64,000 nucleotides of DNA, from assembly GCA_964016885.1 (NCBI GenBank), contig OZ024762.1, positions 13,144,001-13,208,000 on the forward strand. Reading direction: 5' to 3'. The notes under the pieces are model-generated. The model ran no database searches. It had not been told where the DNA came from and saw nothing but the letters and a program-made list of their open reading frames with translations. A program made the translations under genes and the position numbers. Every line of letters starts with the position of its first letter. Position 1 is the first letter of the stretch. Origin of the DNA: Eledone cirrhosa. Its lineage: Eukaryota. This document shows, piece by piece, positions 13,802 through 29,032 of the stretch.

Positions 13802-14310
13802 TGGTTTCTAATTTAGACACACAAGGCCACCATGTTTTTCAGTGTGGTGTGGAGTGGGGCTGGGATGTGGTAGGGGTGGGGTGACGTGAATTTGAGAGGA
13901 GGAATATATCAATTATATCGATCACAGTACTCGACTGGTATTTCATTCTATCAACTCCGCCACCCTACACCACGCCGTACCACCTTGGTAGTATAAAAGG
14001 CAAAGCTAACCTTGGCAGGATTTGAACTCAAAACGTAAAGGGACATAACTATATGCCGCGAAGCATGGTGTCTGACGCTCTACCGATTCTGCCAATATAC
14101 CGCCATAATAATGGATTTTGGTTTTGGCTCAAGGCCAACAATTTTAGGGGAGGGGAAAGTCGATTAAATCGCCCCGTGTGCGTTACTGGTACTTTATTTT
14201 ATCGACTTCGTAAGGATTTGAACTCAGAACATAAAGGGCTTTAGTTTCTTATTTAGGCCAACAATTTTTGGGGAAGGAAAAGTCGATTATATAAACCCCA
14301 GTGCATTACT
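13802..14310 (-). mobile_element. SINE cluster (one diverged full copy, two partial)
   Basis: ggatttgaactca B-box complement, the head agcatggtgtctgacgctctaccgattctgccaa and aaggccaac tails. Confidence 0.75.
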
Positions 14311-14669
14311 TTAGAGAATAGGTCCGTTCCATTGAATACTCTTCTTCGAAACAGACGGAGATCCGCCTTTCGTCACGTTCATTATCTCGGAATCTGTCCT
14401 TCCGGTCGTTTGCACTCAGGAATATCCTGTTAGGGGTTTGGCCCCTTAATAATACATATATGGAACATAGCACCTTCAATTAAGTCCTAATCCTCAAGTC
14501 ACACACTGATCGTGATTCTGGGATTGACAAAGTCTTTACTAGTCTTGTGTATTCAAATAAAGAGAGTAAAGGGACCCTAACCCCGCTAGAGAGAGAGAGA
14601 GGACCAAGTGAGGATGTTAAATTAAGCCGGGTAACCGATTAAGTCTACTACAGGAGAAGGTCTCGGAGG

Positions 14670-15068
14670 GACTTAAGTAGGAGCAATAACATTAAGAAAG
14701 ATCTGATCGCCACCACAACACATTGTTTTGAACATTTTGAAAGTAGGTTTATAAGTATGAATTTTGTGTAGATTTTCGTAGCTGTCTCAGAAGGCCGAGC
14801 GGTAGATACTAGAGTGCGGTGGAAATCCTAGTCTTGGGTTCAATCCAGGCAAAGAGGTACATGTAGACCTTTTCAATTTTTATTTTACATTCCATAGAAA
14901 AAAACTGAAAAGATTTACCGGGAACCCTACTCCCGACCAGTATTGAACATCAGACCAGGATCACCACCGTCTGTGATTCCTCCAACTAGGCCACCGAGAC
15001 AGCTACAAAAGTATAATGAAAATTGATAATTATAAATAAACCTACTTTCAAAATCAAAGTTAAAAAGA
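14670..15068. mobile_element. Interspersed element with inverted ends and two facing tRNA-like heads
   Basis: ttttgaaagtaggtttat/ataaacctactttcaaaa and gtagctgtctc/gagacagctac inverted pairs. Homologous to 63512-63858. Confidence 0.7.
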
Positions 15069-15184
15069 TGTGGTTGGTGTCTTTCATGGCTTTCCTAGAG
15101 CTATTAGTGATATTTAGGGTCGACTTGTCAATCTTCTGGCTCTTTGGTAACAACCTCATTATTCCTGTGTATTTAACTATTGAA

Positions 15185-15239
<55 letters not shown>

Positions 15240-15241
<2 letters not shown>

Positions 15242-15379
15242 CGAAGGAAATGTGGTAGGGAACCAGGTGGACCATAACGCACCAAAGTACTCAATACTTA
15301 GGGTAGTAGACGGCTAATTCTGGACTCCAGAATTAGCCGTCGAAACGGCTTGAGCTCAGCCGTCGGGGTCTTACTTGTT

Positions 15380-15383
<4 letters not shown>
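15240..15383. mobile_element. Family C element copy between (TA)n tracts
   Basis: Same tail (ggaaccaggtggaccataacgcacc) and the same gacggctaattctgga/tccagaattagccgtc hairpin plus gaaacggcttgagc as 10141-10548. Confidence 0.75.
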
Positions 15384-15425
<42 letters not shown>

Positions 15426-15626
15426 GCCAATCATTGTCATTTTGAATCTAACTGACATGCAACAACATAGGAATTTAGGTAAAGCCAAATCATAGTAGAT
15501 TCAAATATCTCAGAGAGTGAGTGAGTGAGTGAGTGAGTGAGTGAGTGAGTGAGTGAGTGAGTGAGTGAGTGAGCGAGCGAGCGAGCGAGTGAGTGAGTGA
15601 GTGAGTGAGTGAGAGAGAGAGAGAGA

Positions 15627-15678
<52 letters not shown>

Positions 15679-15913
15679 GTGAGTGAGTGAGTAAGTGAGT
15701 GAGTGAGTAAGTGAGTGAGTGAGTAAGTGAGTGAGTGAGTGAGTGAGTGAGAGAGAGAGAGAGAGAGAGAGGACCAAGTGAAGGTGTTATATATATATAT
15801 ATATATATCCAGGGAGTTACTGCAGGTTCACCCGGGTGAGCACTCTACGTCATCTTATTTCACTATCTATCTTTCTCTATGTCTCTCTACCTATCTACCT
15901 ATCTCTCTTTAAG

Positions 15914-15987
<74 letters not shown>

Positions 15988-16323
15988 TTAAAGAGAGATA
16001 GGTAGAGAGAGACATATAATGCAAATATAGGTATATAAAAATATCATTGTTGACCAATAACCCCTCGATGAGAAAGGTATACATATACATATGTATATAT
16101 ATACATATACATATGTATATATATATATATATATACACGTATGAGTGAACGTATGTATAAGCACGTACGAATGTATAAGAGTGAATGTTTGTTAAAATGC
16201 GAGAGTGATATTGTAAGATAGCGATATATTTAAAATGGCGTCCGTTAGTCACGATTCTCACTTGGATTGCTTCTTTCAGCTGAAGTGTTGTTATAAGTAT
16301 TAATAGCCACACACGCACGCACG

Positions 16324-16371
<48 letters not shown>

Positions 16372-16440
16372 CACACACACACCTATATATATATACCCAA
16401 GTCAATACATACGTCTATAGCTACTGCCATGCATGCACAC

Positions 16441-16498
<58 letters not shown>

Positions 16499-16665
16499 AT
16501 ATATATATATGCACACTCAACATTTGTGTAATTATATGTATATGTGTGAATGCGTGAATGTATGTATGTGGGTATATGTAGAGTTATGCATGAATCTGTG
16601 GGTATGAATGTATGTGTGTCTGTCTGTCTATATGTGTATATATGTGTATGTATGTGTGTGTGTGC

Positions 16666-16700
<35 letters not shown>

Positions 16701-16701
16701 A

Positions 16702-16735
<34 letters not shown>

Positions 16736-16736
16736 G

Positions 16737-16804
<68 letters not shown>

Positions 16805-16886
16805 TACTTGCATATATATATACACATATATACTTGCATATATATGTGTATATACAGTATATATATATATACATATATACTTGCAC

Positions 16887-16923
<37 letters not shown>

Positions 16924-16940
16924 TACTTGCATATATATAT

Positions 16941-16987
<47 letters not shown>

Positions 16988-17067
16988 TATATACTTACAT
17001 ATATATATATATATATATATATGCACATATATACTTACACATATATATATATATACACATATATACT

Positions 17068-17123
<56 letters not shown>

Positions 17124-17480
17124 AGTACATATAAGTCCTTCAGCTACCTAATCAGGTTACATCATACATGTAGAAGAATCGAAGAATCGAAGTCTAAAAG
17201 TCCCCCAGTCTGCTAGAAGACTTCTCACTGTTCTTGCAGAGCAGTTCACCATTCAAAAGAAACCCTAGATATGCCATTATTGTAATTTAGAATCAGTCAG
17301 CGCCATATTAGATTTAGCAAACTACTCCAGGCACGGATCGAAATTCTGGCAAAATAATCACTGTTAATGTGTAATTAGTGCTTTCTGATTTAAACTCAAG
17401 GCCAACAGCTAATTCCGGTGGAATTTGAACTCAGAATCTACTGATTCTATTGATTCTACTTCCTATCCACCAGCCAGATA

Positions 17481-18797
17481 CATATTGTAGAGCTAACCTA
17501 GGGTGCTGAATACCCAGGTACACATTGTAGAGCTAGTCTAGGGAGCTAAATACCCAGGTACACATTGTAGAGCTAGTCTAGGGAGCTAAATACCCAGGTA
17601 CATATTGTAGAGCTAGTCTAGGGAGCTAAATACCCAGGTACATATTGTAGAGCTAGTCTAGGGAGCTAAATACCCAGGTACATATTGTAGAGCTAACCTA
17701 TGGTGCTGAATACCCAGGTACACATTGTAGAGCTAGTCTAGGGAGCTAAATACCCATGTACATATTGTAGAGCTAGTCCAGGGAGCTAAACACCCAGGTA
17801 CATATTGTAGAGCTAACCTAGGGTGTTGAGTACCAAGGTACACATTGTAGAGCTAGTATAGGGAGCTAAATACCCAGGTACATATTGTAGAGCTAACCTA
17901 GGGTGTTGAGTACCAAGGTACACATTGTAGAGCTAGTATAGGGAGCTAAACACCCAGGTACATATTGTAGAGCTAGTCTAGGGAGCTAAATACCCAGGTA
18001 CATATTGTAGAGCTAACCTATGGTGCTGAATACCCAGGTACACATTGTAGAGCTAGTCTAGGGAGCTAAATACCCATGTACATATTGTAGAGCTAGTCCA
18101 GGGAGCTAAACACCCAGGTACATATTGTAGAGCTAACCTAGGGTGTTGAGTACCAAGGTACACATTGTAGAGCTAGTATAGGGAGCTAAATACCCAGGTA
18201 CATATTGTAGAGCTAGTCTAGGGAGCTAAATACCCAGGTACATATTGTAGAGCTAACATAGGGTGTTGAGTACCAAGGTACACATTGTAGAGCTAGTATA
18301 GGGAGCTAAATACCCAGGTACATATTGTAGAGCTAACATAGGGTGTTGAGTACCAAGGTACACATTGTAGAGCTAGTATAGGGAGCTAAATACCCAGGTA
18401 CATATTGTAGAGCTAACCTAGGGTATTGAGTACCAAGGTACACATTGTAGAGCTAGTCTAGGTAGCTAAATACCCAGGTACACATTGTAGAGCTAGTCTA
18501 GGGAGCTAAATATCCAGGTACACATTGTAGAGCTAACCTATGGTGCTAAATACCTAGGTCACATTGTAGAGCTAACCTATGGTGCTAAATACCCAGGCAT
18601 ACAGAGTAGAACTAACATAGGGTGCTAAATACCCAGATACACATTGTAGAGCTAACCTAGGGGGATAAGTACTCCAAAATACATCGTAGAGCTAGTCTAG
18701 TGTCCTAAATGCCCAGGCATACATAGTAGAGCTAGTGTAGGGTACTAAATACCCAGGTACACATTGTAGAGCTAGTCTAGAGTGCTAAATGCTCAGA
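17481..18797. repeat. 40-bp minisatellite (about 33 units)
   Basis: Unit ca(c/t)attgtagagctagtctagggagctaaatacccaggta, decaying at the 3' end. Confidence 0.95.
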
Positions 18798-19328
18798 TGA
18801 CCATTCAAAATGGGGAGGACTTGAAGAAAATTAAGATTGCAAGGGGAGGTATGTTACCAGGGCCTCTGATAACCACGGCGTTAAGGACCACTACAGCTTG
18901 CTACTAGATTCATCAGAAGAATAAAGGTAGAGGGGTTACAGCTCTCGATTTATAGTCAATTTAACCGTTCCCAAGTATATAGCTGGTATACTTTTGTACA
19001 GCTTCCGGAAAGATTTGAACGGAGAACACAAAGAATCGTTAGAAATACGTAAATGTGACGTGTTTCAGTCATCGACCTCATAATGTGTGTATGTGTACTT
19101 GTATGTATATGTGTGTATATATGTATGTATGTATGCATGTATGTATGTGTGTGTGAGTATCTATATACATATGTGTATGTATATATATATATGTGTGTGT
19201 GTGTGTTTGTGTGGTTGCAAGTATATGGGTATATATAAATAAATATATATATATAGTCTATATAACTTGTCAAGCGACACTCTCTAACGTAATTACCATA
19301 AATATCCCCTTCCCCGCTCTCTCTCTCT

Positions 19329-19374
<46 letters not shown>

Positions 19375-19913
19375 ACATACATATATACATATATATATGT
19401 ATACATATATATATACATACATATATATATATACATATATATATATACATATATATATATACATATATATATACATACATACATATGTATGTGTGTAAGT
19501 ATATATATATATATATATATATATACATACACACACATGTATGTGTGTGTATGTATATGTATGTATATATATATATATATACATACACACACATGTATGT
19601 GTGTGTATGTGCGAGAGTGTGAGAGTGCATGTGTAATGATACCAACCTACGTACTCCACCCTCCCCTCACACACACACACATACACACCCTACAACGACA
19701 CACACTCACATACACACACACACACACTACAACGACACACATACACACACTTGTCTCCTACTCCTCTTCCACCTCCTCAATAAATCCTCCTACTTCTCGA
19801 CTCGTTCATCCTGAAGTTTCTCTGCCTTCCTTCCTCTCTCTATCTACCCCTCTCTCTGTTTATCTATATCTCCCTCTCTCTCTCCACACACACACACATA
19901 TATATATATACAC

Positions 19914-19976
<63 letters not shown>

Positions 19977-20142
19977 CATATATACATATATATACATATA
20001 TATACATATACATATATATATATACATATATATGTATATATACATATATATGTATATATACATATATATATATACTATATATATATATATATACATACAT
20101 ATATACATATATACATATATATATATATACATATATATACAC

Positions 20143-20175
<33 letters not shown>

Positions 20176-20344
20176 CATATATATACATATATATATACAC
20201 ATATATATACATATATATACACATATATATACATATATATACACATATATATACATATATATACATATATATACATATATACATATATACATATACATAT
20301 ATACATATATATATATATACATATATACATACATATATATATAC

Positions 20345-20375
<31 letters not shown>

Positions 20376-20448
20376 CATATATACATATACATATATACAT
20401 ATATATATACATATATACATATATATACATATATACATATATATATAC

Positions 20449-20585
<137 letters not shown>

Positions 20586-22504
20586 TACATATATATACAT
20601 ATATACATATATATATATATATATCCATCTATCTATTTCTCTTTCCTATATTTTACATCAAACAGAACAAGTATTGCCACCTGCCGGCAGATGATTGCGA
20701 TGGCTAAGAGAGCCTATGGATCATTTGGTATTGTTGTTGTTACTGTTGTTGCTGTTACTATTGTTGTTGTTACTGTTGTTTCTGTTGTTGTTGTTGTTGT
20801 TGCTATTGTTGTTGCTGTTGTTGTTGCTGTTGTTGTTGTTGTTGTTGTTGCAGGTGTTCGTTAGTGTTTTTGTTTTTTGATGATGGTGATGGTGGTGATG
20901 ATGGTGGTGATGGTGATGGTGGTGATGATGGTGGTGATGACGACACAGGTGATTGTGACGATGATGGTGATGGTGATGATGATGGTGACGGTGGTGGTTA
21001 TGGTGATGGTGGTGATGGTGGTGGTTATGGTGATGATGGTGGTGATTGTGATGATGGTGATGGTGATGATGATGGTAATGATGAAGATGATGGTGATGAT
21101 GAAGATGATGATGGTGATGATGATGATGAAGATGATGGTGATAATCATGGTGATGATGGTGATGACCAATGATCCAATCCAATCCCACCAGTGACATTGT
21201 CCACCTAGGACTACATTATTCAATGTGCCTCGTTTTGTTATTCAAATTGATAACAGGACATTTGACTGGTTTATCTTGGAGATGGTGGCGGTGGTGGTGG
21301 TGATGGTGGCGGTGGTGGTGGTGTGTTGGTGGAGGTGGAGGTAGTGGTGGTGTTGGTGGTGTTGGTGGTGGCAGTGGTGGTGGTGTTGGTGGTGGTGGTG
21401 TTGATGGTGGCGGTGGTGGTGTTGGTGGTGGTGGTGGAGGTGGAGGTAGTGGTGGTGGTGGTGGTGTTGATGGTGGTGGTGTTGGTGGTGGAGGTAATGG
21501 TGGTGGTGGTGGTGGTAGTGGTGGTGGTGGTGTTGATGGTGGTGTTGGTGGTGGTGGTGCTGTTATTGTGGTTTTTGTTGCAATTGTGGTTGTTGTCATC
21601 GTTATTGTTGTTGTTGTTATTTTAGTGTTATAGTTACCAAAGAAGTTGTTGTTGTTATTGTTGGTGTTGTTGTTGTTGTTATAGTTGTTGTTGTTGTGGT
21701 TGTTGTTGTTTGTTTGTTTGTTACTGTAGCCACACTGAAACATATGTCGACTTACTGTTGACAGTGATAGTGTTTGTTTTGATGTTAAACTTTCTTGAAA
21801 TCTTCTCGTTGTTGTTGTTACTGTTGTTGTTGTTGTTACTGTTGTTGTTGTTACTGTTGTTGTTTTTGTCCTCTTCAGTATTATTGTTGTTATTGTTGTT
21901 ATTGTTACTATATTACATTATTATCATCATTATTGGTTTGACAGCTGTAATTATAATTGTTGTTCTATCAGTTGCAGCTGTATGTGTGTGTGTTTGTATA
22001 TATATATACACACACATATATGCACATAGCCGCAGATATTTTGCACACACACACACACATTCTGTCTGTCACTCTCTCTGACACATACACAGACAGACAC
22101 ACACACATACACACACACACACACAATCTGTCTGTCTCTCTCTGTGACACACACACACATAGACAGACAGGTGTATATATATATATATATACATATACAC
22201 ATATACGTTTATACATGAGTGTTTGTTTATGTATCCCCATACATACATACACATATGTATATATATATACATACATACTGTCTCTCGTACACACACACGT
22301 GTATATATACATATATATATATATATATACATACACATGAGTGTCTGTCAATGCCTCCCTCCCCCCTCTTCCTTTCTTATTTCTTCTCAGCACATATGAA
22401 ACATTTTCTACTCTTAAACAACAAACTAGACATTTCTTTAATATAAAATACCGCCCTCAAATATATATATATATATATACTCACACACATAAATATACAC
22501 ACTC

Positions 22505-22572
<68 letters not shown>

Positions 22573-22678
22573 TCCCTCATATATATATACACACACACAC
22601 ACACACATATATATATACACATCATCATATATACACACACACACACACGCATATATATATATATATATACACATCCTC

Positions 22679-22723
<45 letters not shown>

Positions 22724-23008
22724 CACATCCTCATATATATATATATATATACACACACGGCTGAGTCTTTAAGGAGTTTTTGAACTACTTAGTCCCAGGT
22801 TCAGACAATATATATGACATTGGGTAGACGGAAACTGCAGAAGCCCGTCGTATGTGTGTATGGTGTGCGTATGTGTGTGTGGTGTGTAGTGTGTATGGTG
22901 TGTGTGTGTGAGAACCTCGTCAGATCTCTGATTGAGTCCTTCCTTATCACATCTCTCTACATTTCCATCATATATTCCTAGATTATCTGACTCTATATTC
23001 ACTGTATG

Positions 23009-23088
<80 letters not shown>

Positions 23089-23132
23089 CATATATATTAT
23101 ATAGTTATCTGTATATTATATGTGTATTATAT

Positions 23133-23301
23133 GTGGCTTGGCAGTATTGGTAGAGGGTCGGACGCCATGCTTTGACGCATAGAGTTACGGCCCTTGCCAT
23201 TCTGAGTTCAAATCCCGCCTTTCATCCTTACGGGGTCGATAAAATAAAGTACCAGTAATACACTGGGTAATTGCTGGCCTTGTGCCTAAGGTAGAAACAA
23301 T
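23133..23301 (+). mobile_element. tRNA-derived SINE
   Basis: A box tggcagtattggta, B box gagttcaaatcc, core and the tail ccttgtgcctaaggtagaaac. Confidence 0.85.
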
Positions 23302-23354
23302 TATATCTTTTAATAATATTTTCTCTTGTATCTGGCGATGTTACATTTATAATA

Positions 23355-23436
<82 letters not shown>

Positions 23437-23616
23437 GTGTATGTATATTTATGCATAAATACACTCAATCAATATTTGTATAGCTAATTTTCAGCTCCTA
23501 TAAAATGGTGTTCAACTAAATTTGACCGTTCAAGCGACAAATCACAACTTTAAACATCAAAGAACTCAGTTGAAAAATTTAAATTAAAAAATTTATATAT
23601 ATATATGTGTGTGTGT

Positions 23617-23654
<38 letters not shown>

Positions 23655-23721
23655 AATAAAAAACATAAAAAAATATCTAACATATGTATGTTAAAACAAT
23701 TATATAAATTTTATAAAAAAT

Positions 23722-23781
<60 letters not shown>

Positions 23782-24855
23782 GCCCACACATACACATGTA
23801 TATGTATATCGATATATACACAAACACTCACCCACACAACACCCATATATATATATACACCCATATATATACATACACACACAACACCCATATATATACA
23901 CGCATACATATACACCCATACATATACACCCATATATATACAGCCATATATATACACCCATATATATACACCCATACATATACACCCATATATATATACA
24001 CACATATATATACACACATACATATACACCCATATATATACACACATCATATACACCCATATATATACACACACACACAACACCCATATATATATACACA
24101 CACGTTCACACGATAAGAAAAAGACAAAACAACACTATCAATCAAGTTCTCTGAAACTTCATTTGCTGTTGTTGTTGTTGTTGTCACTACTGTAGATGTT
24201 GTTGTCATCATCGTCAACAACCACAACAGCAACATCACCACCAACAACAACAACACCACCACCACCACCACAGCAACACCACCGCCACCACCACCACCAC
24301 CACCACCACCAACACCACCACCACCACCACCACCACTACCACCACCACCACCACCACCACCAACAACAACCACACCATCATCACCACCACCATCAACAAC
24401 AACAACTAAAACACAACTACCACCACCACCACCACCAACCATAACCACAACACCACCACCACCAACAGCAACCACACCACCAACAACCACAACACCACCA
24501 CCACCACAACACCGCCACTACCATCACCAACAACAACCACACCACCACCACCACCAACACCAACCACAACACCACCACCAACAACAACAACAACACCACC
24601 AACACCAACCACAACACCGCCACTACCACCAACAACAACAACCACAACACCACCAACAACAACCACAACACCAACACCACCACCAACACCAACCACAACA
24701 CCACCACCAACAACAACAACCACAATACCACCACCACCACCACCACCAACAACAACCACAACACCACCACCACCAACCACACCACTACCACCACCAACAA
24801 CAACACCACCAACACCAACCACAACACCACCACCACTACCAACACCAACCACACC

Positions 24856-24887
<32 letters not shown>

Positions 24888-24995
24888 CAGCATCATGGTA
24901 GATTGGAAGAATCAGAGCTTCAGGAGTGGCGATACCTGCGTTCTGCGTTCGGAGCCGAAAACGATAAATGGAAACTACATTTATAAAAACATATT

Positions 24996-25059
24996 TATTC
25001 TATTATATATATTTCAAGGGTTTCAAGACAACATTGGTACGCTTTCATCAGATAAAATA
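24996..25059 (-). ncRNA. Minimal hammerhead ribozyme motif (family B), left arm of palindrome
   Basis: Reverse complement: tattttat-CTGATGA-aagcgtacc...aaccctt-GAAA-tatata-TA-atagaata. Confidence 0.65.
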
Positions 25060-25185
25060 CAAAGTATGTTTTATAAATTTTGACATAGCCAAGGAAATAC
25101 CTTATCAGTTGAATTTTCTACCCAAGGAATATTCAACTGATAAGGTATTTCCTTGGCTATGTCAAAATTTATAAAACACACTTTG

Positions 25186-25247
25186 TATTTTATCTGATGA
25201 TAGCCTACCAAAGTTTTTGGTACACTTGAAATATATATAATAGAATA
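25186..25247 (+). ncRNA. Minimal hammerhead ribozyme motif (family B), right arm of palindrome
   Basis: tattttat-CTGATGA-tagcctaccaaagtttttggtacactt-GAAA-tatata-TA-atagaata. Confidence 0.7.
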
Positions 25248-25383
25248 AATATGGTTTTATAAATATAGTTTCCATTTATTTAATATCATTGAATATTTAC
25301 TCCAGAAAACTGTCGAGTGCTCTGAATCAGTTATAAACATTTCTATTTGTTGAATTTCCAACACATTAAATATCCCTTCCACT

Positions 25384-25470
<87 letters not shown>

Positions 25471-25489
25471 CTGTCATTACTACTACAGA

Positions 25490-25574
25490 GGTCCGACGAG
25501 CTATTGATTCCAGAGTCGGGCTAGATCGATACAGATCGAACCTTGAGCTGATCAGTAGCGAAACGCGCGTCACC
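25490..25574 (+). ncRNA. Hammerhead-like motif with variant core and extended stem II (family A)
   Basis: ggt-CCGACGA-gctattgat...atcagtagc-GAAA-cgcgcg-TC-acc. Palindromic stem III CGCGCG and a GUC cleavage triplet. Confidence 0.6.
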
Positions 25575-25651
25575 AACCAGTAAACGTAATGAAGGAGTAA
25601 CCATTCGTCGTTGTATATAAATACACACACACACACACATATATATATAAG

Positions 25652-25717
<66 letters not shown>

Positions 25718-25781
25718 TATATGCATGTGAAAACGCGTGAGTGTGTGTATATACATGTGATAATGAGTGAGTGAGTGTATA

Positions 25782-25813
<32 letters not shown>

Positions 25814-25856
25814 ATATATATATACATGTGATAATGTGTGAATGTATGTGTGTATG

Positions 25857-25898
<42 letters not shown>

Positions 25899-26197
25899 TG
25901 TGTGCGTGATCAACAAGACCTCGACAGGTTAACCGGAAGTTTAGAAACGGAAGCTTTCTCGCAGTTAAGTTCATCTTTCATTGTTCTCCGCCATCTTGTA
26001 CAAATCTAACACCATCACAAGTAATTGATATTGCTATTGAACTTATTGTTATTATTACCATTGCTGCTGCTGTTGTTGTTGTTGTTGTTACTACCGTTGT
26101 TGTTGTTGTTGTTGTTGTTAGTAGTAGGAGTAGTGGTTGTTGTTGCTGTTAGTAGTAGTAGTAATAGTAGTAGTAGTAGTAGTAGTAGCAGTAGTAA

Positions 26198-26230
<33 letters not shown>

Positions 26231-26480
26231 CACTAGTAGTAGTAGTAGGAGTAGTGGTTGTTGTTGCTGTTAGTAGTAGTAGTAATAGTAGTAGTAGTAG
26301 TAGTAGCAGTAGTAATAGTAGTAGTAGTAGTGGTGGTAGTAGCAGCACTAGTAGTAGTAGTAACAGTAGTAGTAGTAGTAATAGTAGTAGTAGTAGTGGT
26401 GGTAGTAATAGTAGCAGCAGTAGTAGTAGTAGTAGTGGTATTAGTGGTAGTAATAGTAGTAGCAGTAGTAGTAGTAGTTA

Positions 26481-26527
<47 letters not shown>

Positions 26528-26791
26528 TAGTAGTAGCTGTTGTTCTGATCTATGTTTTGATTTCGAATCCTGTCGAAGTCACCTTTGCCTTTTAAAGTTC
26601 CATGGGTTGTCAATAAAAGTGACTGGCAGGTGCCCCAGCATGGGCCCAGCTAGAACAGGCAAAAGGTAAAATACTGAAGTCAATGTAACTCTCTCCACCC
26701 CACTCCCTAAAAGTGTTGGCCTTCAGCTTAAATTATTAATTAATTCATTATTTATAAATGAACTGAAATTATCCTATCATTGTCATTATCA

Positions 26792-27122
26792 AGGGGTCGA
26801 TAAATAAAGCACCAGTAATGTACTGGGCTCAATTTGATCGACTTTCTCCCTCCTCTTCAAATTGCTGGCCTTGTGCCTAAAGTAGAAACAATTCTTATTA
26901 TCATTGAGAGTGGTGGATTGGGAGAATCGGAAGAGCATTGGACACCATGCTTTGTGGCATAGAGTTACGGCCCTTTACGGTCTGAGTTCAAATCCTACCG
27001 AGGTTATCTATGCCTTTCATCCTTAAGGAGTCGATAAAATAAAGTACCAGTAATGCACTGGGGTTGATTTAAACGACTTACCCGTTCACCCCAAATTGTT
27101 GGCCTTGTGCCTATATCAGAAA
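26792..27122 (+). mobile_element. SINE 3' fragment followed by a full SINE
   Basis: Same family motifs at 26792-26892 and 26907-27122. Confidence 0.85.
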
Positions 27123-27131
27123 TGATTAGCT

Positions 27132-27168
<37 letters not shown>

Positions 27169-27319
27169 AGTAGTGGTGGTATTTTTTTTTTCTTACATAT
27201 TTTCTTTATTTTATTTTTTCTTTCGCTTCTCTAAACCGGAAGTAGCAGTGCGGCAGTAAATGAGAGAGGATGTAGTTTTGTCAAATTAATCTTTGCTTGA
27301 ACAAGCAACACAGACGGAA

Positions 27320-28405
27320 CACCAACAACAATAACAACAGTAGTAACAGTAACAACAAAAACAATATAAACAACAACAACAACAACAACAACAACGACAA
27401 AAACAGCAACAAAAGTAACAACAACAACAACACCATTAATAGCAATAATGACCTGCAAAAACCAAAGTAATGGCCCTCTTCAAGAAGAAGAAGAACACCA
27501 ATATGAAACTCAGGTACAACATCAACAACAACAGCAACAACTACAACAGCACCAACAACATTAACAACAACAACAGTTATAACAACAACAGTAACAACAA
27601 CAACAGTAACAACAACAGTAACAACCAACAGTAACAACAGTAACAACAACAACAACAGTAACAACCAACAGCGACAACAACAGCAGTAACAACAACAGTA
27701 ACAACAACAACAACAGTAACAACCAACAGCGACAACAACAGCAGTAACAACAACAACAACAGTGACAACAGTAACAACAACAACAACAGTAACAACAACA
27801 GTAACAACCAACAGTAACAACAGTAACAACAACAACAACAGTAACAACCAACAGTAACAACAGTAACAACAACAACAACAGTAACAACCAACAGTGACAA
27901 CAACAGCAGTAAAAACAACAGTAACAACAACAATAACAGTAACAACCAACAGCGACAACAACAGCAGTAACAACAACAACAGTGACAACAACAACAGTAA
28001 CAACAACAGTAACAACAGTGACAACAACAACAGTAACAACAACAACAACAACAACAGTGACAACAACAACAGTAACAACAACAACAGTGACAACAACAAC
28101 AGTAACAACAACAACAACACTAACAACAACAACAACAACAACAGCAGTAACAACAACAACAACAGTGACAACAACAACAGTAACAACAGTGACAACAACA
28201 ACAGTAACAACAACAACAACAACAGTGACAACAACAACAGTAACAACAACAACAGTAACAACAACAACAGTGACAACAACAACAGTAACAACAACAACAA
28301 CACTAACAACAACAACAACAACAACAGCAGTAACAACAACAACAACAGTGACAACAACAACAGTAACAACAGTGACAACAACAACAGTGACAACAACAAC
28401 AACTG
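27320..28405. repeat. (CAA)n-based cryptic repeat
   Basis: aacaacagtaacaac variants. Confidence 0.9.
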
Positions 28406-28654
28406 CTTAAAAACGACAATAGGCGACAGAGGAAGTTGTGATAATGGAGCTGACTGGAGATGAAATATTGTTGTTGTTGTTGTTGGCACTGGTATCTCTG
28501 ATGTGGTGGTGGTGGTGGTGATGGTGGTGGTGGTGGTGGTGGTGGTGACACTGGTAATCTAGTTTATATATATATATATATGAATGTGTGTATTTTTATA
28601 TATATATATATATATATATACAGTATATGAATGTATATATATATATGAAGGTAT

Positions 28655-28699
<45 letters not shown>

Positions 28700-28791
28700 T
28701 ATGAATGTATGTATATATATATATGAATGTATGTATATATATATGAATGTATGTATATATATATATGAATGTATGTATATATATATGAATG

Positions 28792-28833
<42 letters not shown>

Positions 28834-28881
28834 TGTATGTATATATATGAAGGTATATATATATATATATATGAATGTATG

Positions 28882-28914
<33 letters not shown>

Positions 28915-28980
28915 GTATGTATATATATATGTATGTATATATATATATATATGAATGTATGTATATATATATATATGTAG

Positions 28981-29032
<52 letters not shown>

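Larger units (their letters stand above)
24964..25385. mobile_element. Fold-back family B element (palindrome 24964-25281 plus 3' tail)
   Basis: About 150-bp inverted arms centred near 25120 with one hammerhead per arm. The tail is homologous to 44434-44560 and 56266-56378. Confidence 0.75.

Noticed and set aside
17481-18797. CRISPR-like periodicity
   Set aside because: Units are contiguous with no unique spacers, there are no cas genes, and the context is eukaryotic.
27281-28489. 402-aa poly-Leu and poly-Asn/Thr ORFs
   Set aside because: (CAA)n-derived repeat; no convincing splice or domain context.
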